Part shown: one piece after another, positions 53,246 to 64,000 of the stretch | Numbering within the stretch: the stretch's first letter is position 1 | How the letters are laid out: each line of letters opens with the position of its first letter | Origin: Eledone cirrhosa | Taxonomy: Eukaryota | DNA length: 64,000 nucleotides | NCBI GenBank assembly: GCA_964016885.1 | Contig: OZ024742.1 | Location: 232,004,001-232,068,000, forward strand | Direction of reading: 5' to 3' | Position numbers and translations under genes: made by a program | The notes under the pieces: generated by a model | Database searches by the model: none | What the model was told of the DNA's origin: nothing | The model's input: only the letters and a program-made list of their open reading frames with translations

Positions 53246-56129
53246 CATATTTAAGAGTGGAGCTGTGGAAATGCTTATGCCATTTTCCTCGCATTAATGT
53301 AATATTCCCTTAAATGCAGTTAAAACCTCAAAGAATAAAACCTTATGTTTTTACTTTTATTTCCTTCAACCAGAATATGAAGTAAATACTTGAAGAATAG
53401 GTATCAACAATCTCAACACATCAACACAAAGATGGACTAATCATGGAAAAAAAATAATAAGATAAAATTAAAGTTAATTTAAATTGTACTCAACCATCCC
53501 AAAATATCAACACAAAGATGTAATCATTAAAAGAAAAAAATGAAATTAAAGAATTGTAAAGCTTTGTTAAAATGTACTAGTTGCTCTTGTTGATGTCGTT
53601 GTTTCTCTTCAGGTCAATCCTGATCACTAAGACCTATAATCAAGAGTATTACCTCTTTCATTACCATATTCCTAATGTAAGAAAATGCGTATGGTTTTCA
53701 ATTAATTTTGAAAATAATCAAGAATTTAGAGGGATTTAGTAAAATAATTTTCTCTTTAGTAAACTAATTTGTGGAATAAAACTTAATAAAAATGATAATG
53801 GTAGGTTTGTGTATCATAGAAAGGTTTTGTATCAGATAGGGGCAGTTTCAGGAAAATTGATGTCAAAGGGGTTAAAACCATGACAATCCTGTCATTTGTG
53901 TTTACCAGAGTCTACAGGGGCCAATGTGTCTTTCCTTCTTTTTTCTAAGATAGCAAAGGGTGATTTAAGTGAGAATTGGCTGCTCTTTCTGGCAAGTTCA
54001 ATAACCATGTATAATTTCCCCAAATTGGCTAATAAATATATAAATTCATAAGTGTGTTGAAACTTTAAGTGAACATTGCAGTAAAATCTTTGTTTACATC
54101 AAAATATAAAACTGTAATAAGAATACTCTAAGATATAAATTGAAACTATCCTTGACAAATTCATTAAATCAGCAGTTAAGATTTTAAAAAAAGGTATTTA
54201 TTACAGGTAAGATTCCATTATAACGATTTTTTCAGTATAACACATTTTTTTTATGATCCCCAAAGTAATAACAAACCAATGTTCGATTTGTTTCAGTCAA
54301 CCTCATTATAAAGAATTTTTCATTACAACAAATTTTTTTTTATACCCCATGAATTTCACTGTATAAAGGGAAAGGGTGGGAGGGGGGAGCAATGCCATAG
54401 GTTTTTACATGCCTTCCTAAACTGGTCAAGTGGATATGTTTTAATTGAAGTATGATGATTGTAGGAAAAATATGTGCTGGAAAGGAATACAGAGGGTTAC
54501 ACTCTGGAGAGTATGGCATGATCGGATAGGTGTGGGTGTTGTTAGTAAATGGAGTTGGAGGAGGAAGACAGTGGGGATGACTGAGTAGAGACTGTCTCTT
54601 TGTGATATTAAAAGATGTCACATAGATGTGGGGCATGGCTGTTATGAGATGTTTAAGTTGTATGTGAATTATATCTGTCTGAAAAGGTGAAGGACAATAT
54701 CATCTGCACAAGAATGTGTGGTTGTTGTTGTTGTTGTTTAAACCCAGGTGAACCATAGTCAGGCTGGCCTGATCAAAGGCATTTCAACCATGACCATCTA
54801 GTCTTTTTAGAGGTATGTAGCACAACATTGTCTGATGTTGCCTAATTTTAGATGGAATGGTTTAATTTGAGGAAGATTTGGTTGCTATTTCTATGTAGTA
54901 CAACATTGTCTGATGTTACCTCATTTAAGATGGGATGGTTTAATTTGAGGAAGATTTGGTTACTATTTCTAGCAGGTCCTATGACTGTATAGAAGCTTCT
55001 TCGTTCATTTGCATGTGTGTGCTGGAGGATGTTGGTGGCTATTAGTAATAAAGGGAAATCAATTTATATTAGAAGGAAGAGAGTGAAGGATATGAAACAC
55101 AGCCAGAAGTTGATAGAATGTGGATGAGAGAGAGAAAGCATTCTAAATCGTTCTGGGACTAAGAATAACATTCTGATCTATGTAGTGAGGACAAATGAAG
55201 ACTATAAGATGGCAATATTAGAAGGTTCTCCTGACAAGCAAGGAGTCCATTGAGAAGGTTTGAGGAGAAGGTTTGAAAAAGTAAGTGTTTGTTGCTATTT
55301 CTGTCAACTTTGAGTTGTTGGAAGAGAATATGATAGGATGATAGTTGGCTGACTCAGAGGTTGTCTTTATCTTGATGATAAAACACACCAATGCACATTT
55401 TCATAAGATAGAATAGTTATCCAAATATATGTGTGAGTGTCTGTTGTGTGTAGTGGTAGTATCACGAGAAAACAAACTTGTTATATGCATTGAAGTAGTT
55501 GGCATTAGGAAGGGCAACCAGCCATACAAACCATGCCAAAATGGAACATATGTATAAACAAGCCATCTAACCTATACAACCATGGAAAATAGATGTAAAA
55601 CAGTGATGATGATGATATATATATATCATTATCGTTTAATGTCCATTTTCCATACAAGCATAGGTTAGACAGGTTGTCCCATTTGAGGAAAATCAGATCA
55701 GGTGACCATATCTTGCTAATACAGAAGTTTCTGGTTTGTTTTCTACAACTGGATTCCCTTCCTAATGCCAGCCATATTTACTGTGCGGACTGGGTGCTGT
55801 TTGTCATGACACCTACATGACCACTTTACAGTGTTGACTAAGTGTCTTTTATTGTGGTACCATAATGATCATTTTATAGTGTGGGCTGGGTTCTTTTTTT
55901 CATGATACCAACACACACAAACATATATATATATCAAATTAAAAAACCGAGTTAAAGACTCACGTTAATCCCCTATAAGTTAATGAGCTTAAGGAATAGA
56001 AGACAGTATATAGAGAAAAATACACAAAGAGATGTGTGTGCAATTATAGGGGATAGAATACCACCAGAGTGAAAAACATTGTCTACGAAAGGGATGGAGA
56101 ATACATATCAATTAAAAGAATAAATTAAA

Positions 56130-57234
56130 AAGTACAAACCACCTGTTTATAACTATAACACCTGGACACGCTCAAATTAGAGAATGTTTCTCCATAAAAA
56201 GTGAAGAATCCATAATGTTGAGGGCTTATCAACAATATGGTTCACACTTCTAAAAATATCACGTGTGGATACATATCTTTTACAATCAATCGAGTGCCGT
56301 TGCATAGCCTTGGTGGGTGGAAATTATCAATAACACAATGGGTGCTTTTTCTTCAAGATAAAGGTCGTCATGTGGAAGTATTCCTGGTGGTTCTAAAGAA
56401 TTGAAGAACTCTGTTGGGTAATTGACAGCTTCTGACTGTTCCACCAGAGTGTTTACAGATCGACAGAGCTTCGAAACCTTGCAATTTTTTTAAACAGCTC
56501 TTGATTTACCAATTTCACAATCACATTTTTCGGAGCCAATATAGCCCTCTCACTGAGCCACTTGCGAACTGATATTCAAGATTAGGGAACACTTTTTCTG
56601 AGATGGAATAATGATTCCACCATTATGTCTAAGGGACTTATATCAATAGCTCCCTTTCTATCTACAGGAAGTCTTCCGTCCCCAAGCATTAATAGATTCT
56701 GGGTGAACTGCTATGATTGTTCGTCTTTACCAAAATATGCCCTCATGTTTGTAGTGAGCTTCAAAACTTTGATAGAAGTCCAGTGTTGATTTTTTTTCAA
56801 ACTGGTTCAGATTTGATCAATCCTATTGCCTTTTGGAATGACTGGGAGAGTTTGACTAAAATCTCCTCCTACTACTACTACTACCAACACCACCACCACT
56901 ACCACCCTCCACACCACCACCACAGAATATATAGAAAGAGAGAGAGCATTGTAAAGATATATACAGAGGGGAAAAGTGTAAAATGCAAAGACAGACAGAT
57001 AGATTTATAGAGAGAGGTATTCTAACAGTTGTGGATTCTAATATTCTATTTTGGCGATTTGAAATTGATGTATACCTCGTAACAATTACATCTTTTGATA
57101 ACTAACAACTATAAAACATTCTCATTGGGACACAGATTTAGAAAATGAAAACCGTTTTTCTATAGGATGCACCATTTCGGAGCCTTTGAGAGACATACAC
57201 ATATACACGCATACACTCTCATTTATAGTATAGA
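56130..57234 (-). mobile_element. Degenerate Helitron with helicase remnant
   Basis: Minus-strand WLSERAILAPKN and AVNYPTEFFNSLEPPGILPH motifs; 5'-TCTATACTATAAAT end at 57234. Confidence 0.75.
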
Positions 57235-57281
57235 TATGGGAGAGCGAGAGAGAGATGAGTTTACTGAGGATGAGAACAAGT

Positions 57282-57844
57282 TTAACCGTTTAGCATTTAA
57301 ACCGGCCATATCCGCCCAGAATTCTCTCACCTCTTTCTGTTCAAACCAGCCATAACCAACTGCTCATACTGATGTTAGGATATTGTTCTCAAAATATTTA
57401 ATATCAAAATATGTGAATGAATGAAGAATAACATGGTAGGCTGTACAAAAAGGGTTTTATTTACAGTATTAACAATTGTTTCATTAATCAGGTGAGTCTA
57501 AAGGCCGCTGATCACTCGAAATTGCGTCACTCGACCTTAATTACAGTGTGCGTCTCTGATCAAATCATCGGAATACAGCCGAATAACCTGCATGAGAATT
57601 CTCACAAACTCACTACCTAACTAAGGAAACCTCTTGTTGAGTCAAACAGCGCCGTACATTAAAACTATCCATAGTACAGAGTACTCACAACCTCTAACTG
57701 GATTACCTAAAACGATAACTTGTTATCCCATATAATATCAAAATCTCATAGATTCGATATTGTGTGAGATAATTATGTAAGATAAAGCCTTTACAGTGAA
57801 AATATAATAGTAAATATAGAGTAATACAAATGCTAAAGTGTTAA
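57282..57844 (+). mobile_element. piggyBac-type MITE interrupted by a ~320-bp insert
   Basis: MITE halves at 57282-57410 and 57732-57844, with taatatcaaaat repeated at both insert junctions. Confidence 0.72.
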
Positions 57845-58840
57845 GAACACATGAATAACAGAAATTTCATTAGGACTGGTTACTTTATTGGGTTAATAAA
57901 GTTCTGTCTGCAAAGGAAGTTATTATTGTTTAGCCCCAGGTCAGCCAAAATCAAGTATTCCTGTCTCTTTCCCATGTTATTAATATATAGTTTAACCACT
58001 GTATCATCCTTTTCTTAAGGTAGCAAGGTGGATAAATTGAGGAATGGCTGATGTTTCTAGCAGATCAAAACAGCCAAATATAGGGTCTTTCAATGCAATG
58101 GCAAGACTATATTGTATGTACATCTGCTAGGAGTTCAGAAATCTTCTGTAATACCGATGAGTTCTTTTTTCTCTAAATACAAAAACAGATTGTTCTATAC
58201 ACATAAGTAAATAAATCATTCACCAGTTTTGACAATGAGTATTCCAGGTGTTTCAGCAATGATACCATCTCTACCTATTGAAATATAGTATAATTGGTTG
58301 AACATTCCACAGACATTTGCACTCTTTAACAGCCTATAATGATTTAGCAGAAGATATCTAAAAATGGCTTTGTTAATTCACATGCTTGTTAATAGTATCT
58401 TTACAAGTGAACAGATTGTGATTATTTATAGTATTAGAGTAAACACTTCAATTTTCAATGTGATGCAATCATAGTATGGCTTTATATTTTTCAAGAATGC
58501 CTTGCTAATGTGGTTTCATATGATACAGGATATTAAGAATTAATATAAACCTCAGGCAGTTTCATTGTGACAAATATCTCCCTCTTTATTACAAATACAA
58601 TCCATCCAATTTATTCAAAAGATTTGGGACAACCTGAAGCTAAGATGCCATACAGAGTCTTACATATACAAAATAAAATAATACTTCATTAACGTCATTA
58701 CAACAAATACATTTTAATTGTTCAGTTGTACACTTAGCTCCTTATTATTGTTTGATTTCAATATCCAAAAATAAAAATCTATTAAATTAATAATGATGAA
58801 GAATGAAACTCTCCAAGTTACTGCCAAGCAAATATCCTCC

Positions 58841-59057
58841 TTAACCCTTTAGCATTTAAACTGGCCATATCTGGTCAGAATTCTCTCACCTCTTTCTGTT
58901 CAAACTGGCTGCCCATACTAACGTTAGAGTATTGTTCTCAATAAATAGCATAAAAATCTCATAGATTCGATATTATGCGAGATAATTATGTAAGATAAAG
59001 TCTTTACCACAAAAATACAATAGTAAATATAGAGTAATGTAAATGTTAAAGGGTTAA
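58841..59057 (+). mobile_element. piggyBac-type MITE (reference copy)
   Basis: TTAA TSD; TIR CCCTTTAGCATTTA / TAAATGTTAAAGGG. Confidence 0.85.
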
Positions 59058-59727
59058 ACAAGGGAATAATGAGGTCATGGATAAAAATTCACAAACATAA
59101 TTTGTATATTGTTTGCATAAATGTGAAAGGACCAAGTTAGTTATTGGGGCTTCCGCTCATGGGTCATAAGTTCTAAGAAACTATTAAAAGTGATTTATAT
59201 ATCTGTGAGCTTCAGTTCACTGAGCTATAAAAATAGGAAGCAAGATAAATAGATGTCTAGCAGAACAGTATTTCTCTTTACTTTTAATTCTTTTTAGCTG
59301 CTCAGGACTGATACATTTTCTGACTTTGAAACACAAGTACAGAATCCGTTATGCAATCATGATTAAAGGAAAACTATGTAGTCAATATGAAACATTATCA
59401 CAGATTATAAATAACTTTTATAGAACAATCAGATTGGAGGAGTTAAGTATAAGAAGTGGTAGGATGTAACAGTTGGGATCTATTTTCACTGACTGTTTTG
59501 TTGTCAAATGACATCAGAGATTTGAGTGCTTATATTAGAATGTTTTTTAAGCTTTCTGTTTATAGGGAACAAATATCGAATAGGCTAGGTAGCCAGTAAA
59601 CCCTAAAGGGATGCAACACACATCACTATAGCGTTTCACCAGCCCCTTCCTTCCTCAATCATTACATAGATGTGTATGTAATAATTATTTTGTATAATGT
59701 GTCTATTTATGAATATGTATGAGTAGA

Positions 59728-59766
<39 letters not shown>

Positions 59767-59896
59767 ACTTCTGTTGCCTGTGTCTATTTATGTATTTACA
59801 TGTAGATGTATGTGTGTATGCCACAACTCATGGTGCCTGATACTCTTACCAGCTACATAGCCTCTTCCAATAAATATAGCTGATTGAAATTGCATG

Positions 59897-60050
59897 GGGG
59901 GATTGAAGTCTGTGGCCAGAAGGTGAGATGGAAGTGAAGCCAGTGGCCAGAAGGTGAGAGGGGATTGAAGTCTGTGGCCAGAAGGTGAGAGGGGGATTGA
60001 AGTCTGTGGCCAGAAGGTGAGATGGAAGTGAAGCCAGTGGCCATAAGGTG
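59897..60050. repeat. ~31-bp minisatellite with two unit variants
   Basis: gattgaagtctgtggccagaaggtgaga and gaagtgaagccagtggccagaaggtgaga, about 5 units. Confidence 0.9.
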
Positions 60051-60127
60051 AGAGTGGGTAGAGATGTCAATGAGAAAGTCAACAAAAACTAAAAACAACT
60101 TTATAAAAATGTTATTTAATGATTATA

Positions 60128-61042
60128 CGAGGTGTCAGAACAGTTCCAGGACTGATGTCACAAAAGATTTATTTCAAACCCAAACTTCACACTAAGAGTT
60201 TTCTCCTTCAAAGTAATCCCCCTGGAGTCTAATGCACTTTTCCATCATTTTCTGCCACGCTTGCATGCACTCCTAGAAGGATTCTTCCAGGATCCTCCGC
60301 AGTTCCGTCGTCACGGCCTTTTTGATGCCGTCCACGTCTTCAAAACGGGTCCCCTCCGGGTCGTACTCAAAGATCCATGACTCATCACCGGTGATGACTG
60401 TCCCTAGCAAGTCTGGTTCAGTTTCAAGACGCTCGAGGATGTCCTGGTACACTTGCATGCGTCGACCCTTCTGGTCATCATTCAGCAGTTTTGGCACCAT
60501 CTTCGCGCAGACTTTCCGCATGTCCAAATCTTCAGTGAGAATCTTCCAGACGCTGTCCCGATTCATGCCCAGCTCATTTGCCATCAGTCGAAAAATCAGC
60601 CGACGATCGCTACGCACCATATGCCTGACGCGCTCAATGTTGACCTCAGTCCTGATTGTTGAGGGCCTTCCGCTCCTGGTGTCATCTTCTACATCCTCGC
60701 ATCCTTCTTTAAACCTCTTGCACCACTCAAAAACACGTGAGCGTCACATCGTCTCATCTCCATACACTTGCTGCAGCAATCCCAGTGTTTCTGACGGAGT
60801 TTTCCCCAACTGTACCAGAAACTTCAAGTTTGTTCGTTGCTCTGTGCTCATTGCTTGACGACCTGAAACAGAGGACATGTATATAAAATTATGAAGAAAA
60901 AAGTTTGATCGCTGCAGAGAGCTAAGATTACAGTTACATACTCCAGGGGGATTACTTTGAAGGAGAAAACTCTTAGTGTAAAGTTTGGGTTTAAAATAAA
61001 TCTTTTGTGACATCAGTCCTGGAACTTTTCTGACACACCTCG
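60128..61042 (-). mobile_element. Mariner (Tc1/mariner) element, internally deleted and non-autonomous
   Basis: TA TSDs and ~100-bp TIRs. Transposase remnants MSTEQRTNLKFLVQLGKTPSETL (HTH), RKVCAKMVPKLL, and ITGDESWIFEYDPE fused directly to GTRFEDVDGIKKAV, so the catalytic core is deleted. Confidence 0.93.
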
Positions 61043-62264
61043 TATTTCTTCTGATATTCCCTTTAAAATGTGTAAAATAAAGAGGCAATTGGGATTTTCC
61101 ATGATAAATTATATTTTTCAATCTGAAAACTTAGTTAAAATCACCAGAGCTGCTCAATAACTTAAGATACTGAAATTTAACTATTTAATATTCTGTATGG
61201 CATGAAACCATATGAGCAAGATTTTTGAAAAGTACAAAACAACACTATGACTACATCACATTAAAAATTGAAGTCTTTTCTCCAATACTGCAAAATGATC
61301 ACAAAAATCTATCTATTTGTAAGGATACTACAAACATTTGAATTAACAAACCTGTTTTTAGACATTTTCAGCTAAATCATTACAAGATGTTAAGAGTTAG
61401 CCAACAGACAGAAACATCTTGAAGGTAAAGTAATTCAGACCATTTTAGGTTGTAGTTCCACTTAATTATTGCAGTAACCATATCTCCCTTACATCAAATC
61501 GCATTATACTTTTAAAAAATACACATTAAATACACTATACCTGCAAAAAAAAAAAAAAAAAAAAAAAAAAATCCGGATAGCTACCACTGGAATGCCTTTG
61601 ATCGTATTTTAATTTAAAGTCTGTTACTAGCTAGGAATCTCATCAAACCATTAAGTGATTAAGGGTACAAGACTTTTCCCACTGAATAGGATGTCAGTCC
61701 ATCACAAGGTTAACCTCCAGCTGATGTTGGCAATCATTTTCAGCTGAGTTGAATTGAGCAACGTGAAAGGTATTGTTTTCTTCAAGAACACAACACACCA
61801 TCCAGTCCAGGAATCAAACTTACTACATCCTAACCATTAGGCCACACATGCCTTCTTTTGTCATAGGTCTGATTTTGGCACATTTTTTACATATGTTGAA
61901 TTTTAGCTCTGACTTTAAAAAACTGTATGGTTGCTTACACTATATTTTCATCTGCAGCAGTGTTTTTCATACATTTTTTTTCTTTTCTCCTAAAAATGTT
62001 CCTTCACAGATTGTTTACAGGATTTTTTAAAATAATTATTACAAGTGTAAATTATTTTCTTTTAAAAGAGATTAGAAATCTAAACTAGAAAGAGGTAGTC
62101 ATGACAGCCCCATCTTCTTCAGAGAGATCAATCTGCCACTATATTCATTATCCAATGCATCTATCATTGTTTATGACAGTAGTTTGATTTAAAGGAGGTT
62201 TGGGTGCTATTCTCTGCAGGCCAAGCAAACACAGAGGCTCCTTAGTTGGTTGGAGGGGAAAGGT

Positions 62265-62440
62265 CATGCTTCCCTAAATTTCGCCAAGACTACACCTGAT
62301 ATTCCACCTCCATACACACGCACGACTCGTACACTTTCCTGTCATTTGGACATTATTCTATGTACTATACATGCACCTTTGAAGAGTTGTAGTGCACCTG
62401 AGCACTGTACATAATAATTTTCATTATATTATTATTATTA
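62265..62440 (+). mobile_element. CR1 3' UTR fragment with (ATT)n tail
   Basis: Homologous to 10890-11080. Confidence 0.75.
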
Positions 62441-63011
62441 AATGTGGATGGCATTGTCTTTGAACTGATATGTGTACATGTGTAGTAGAGTGCTTCTATT
62501 TAGCAAAAATAGTTTGAGTACAGAGCTCTACTGAAAATGGAGGGGCAGCAAAATCACATAATTCCTTGCATTTTAAAGAGAAATTAGAATCTTTATTGTA
62601 TAATAAAGACACAAACAATAGTGAGAAAGAGACTGTATTTAATATGGAGGATGAGGCTCTTTCCCTATCTTCTTTACATGTATGACTACATGGGTATACA
62701 TGTATATGACTGTGTGTATGGCTGTATGTATACACATATATAACTGTATGTATATGACTGCATGTGTATCATGCACATATACCTGTATGTATATAATTGC
62801 ATGTGTATATATGTATGTACATTTACATCACTGTATATAGATGTGTATCACTATATATACATGGATATGATTATGTACATATATATACAATTATAACTGT
62901 ATAACATGTATACATGCGTATGATTGTCCATGTTTATGACTATGTACATGAATATAACTATATATGTGCATCTGATTGCATATATAAATGTATATAACTG
63001 TAGATGACTGT

Positions 63012-63180
63012 ATCATCATCATCGTTTAACGTCCATCTTCCATGTTAGCATGGGTTAGACGGTTTTGTTCCATTTGATGCGGGAATAGTCGGGAGACCAT
63101 GTCTCGCTCTCACGGAAGCATCTCTGGCAGGTTTTTCTTTTTTTTACAGCTGGATGCCGTTCCTAACACCAACCACAGTT

Positions 63181-63225
<45 letters not shown>

Positions 63226-63332
63226 TCATGTATTATGAGTGAGACACGATCACCCGACCCAACTTGCCTCTAATGGAACAAACCCATCTAACCGATGCTA
63301 ACGTGGAAAATGGACATTAAACAATGATGATG
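63012..63332. repeat. Inverted pair of RTE-tail/SINE 3' ends around a TG/TA/CA microsatellite
   Basis: catcatcgtttaacgtccatcttccatgttagcat... versus ...atgctaacgtggaaaatggacattaaacaatgatga. Confidence 0.75.
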
Positions 63333-64000
63333 TATATGTCTGTATGTATATTACTGTATATAATCCTCTCAGAGGATTTATAATTCCTAAAAAATATTCG
63401 TTTCCTTCATCTCCTCCTAGCTAGTTTATCTTGTGACACTCTACTATCGTTCGGTTGACCAGTGTCTTATCAGTAAAATTTGATAAACAGAAACTGCAGA
63501 AGCACATCAAATACGAGAGAAGAAAAACGATAAAATAAAATGGATGAAAAAAATATTCTATAGTATTTAATGGGCTGAAGTGGTCTAATCACTCCCAGGT
63601 TAGCCTTTTCACCAGAAATGCTACTAACAAGAGTTTAGCACCTTAGAAACTTAAAACCAATGATGCTAGTGTTTACATAATGCATGATATCAAACCATCG
63701 AAATACAAATACGAAATAGAGGTAGAGAATTTCTTTTTCTTTTGGGGTTAGACAAGCCAAGGGAGATAATCAAGAGGGCATTATAAAGACTTCAAATTAT
63801 AGTTATGCATGCTCATCAATTAGTTAATACAACTCTTTATACAGAAGATTAGAAAAAATGTACATAGGATAGATTAAGGATACAGTTCCTATTTCCAGTT
63901 TCATATAATTTTCCCAATAAAAACTTCAAATAAATCACATCAAAAAGTAAAGTAATAACAATATACAAAATTATACCAAAATTTCATAGATTGTCATTTA

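Overview
Eukaryotic, AT-rich, microsatellite-dense genomic DNA. The repeat repertoire (RTE, Dong/R4, Tx1, CR1 and Penelope retroelements, tRNA-derived SINEs, Helitrons, and mariner, piggyBac and hAT MITEs) suggests an invertebrate, most likely a coleoid cephalopod such as octopus (inference). The only host gene I can support is the 3' part of a Cys-loop (pentameric) ligand-gated anion channel subunit of the GlyR/GluCl type on the + strand. It has four phase-compatible GT-AG exons: 4773-4855, 34269-34406, 36848-37245 and 45663-45842. Two of them are missing from the ORF track, and the 5' exons lie upstream of the window. Its loop B, loop C and M2 residues depart from canonical GlyR/GluCl, so it is a candidate orphan receptor. 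The 29.4-kb intron and the flanks are a nested pile of transposons. Points of interest: a C4HC3 PHD-like finger inside the RT of an RTE LINE, several long foldback hairpins in the channel pre-mRNA, a minimal hammerhead-like motif, convergent targeting of (AAT)n by Dong and Tx1 elements, and a Helitron with an exactly duplicated 5' end. Most short ORFs in the track are microsatellite or antisense artefacts. All homology calls are from motif recognition by eye; no search was run.
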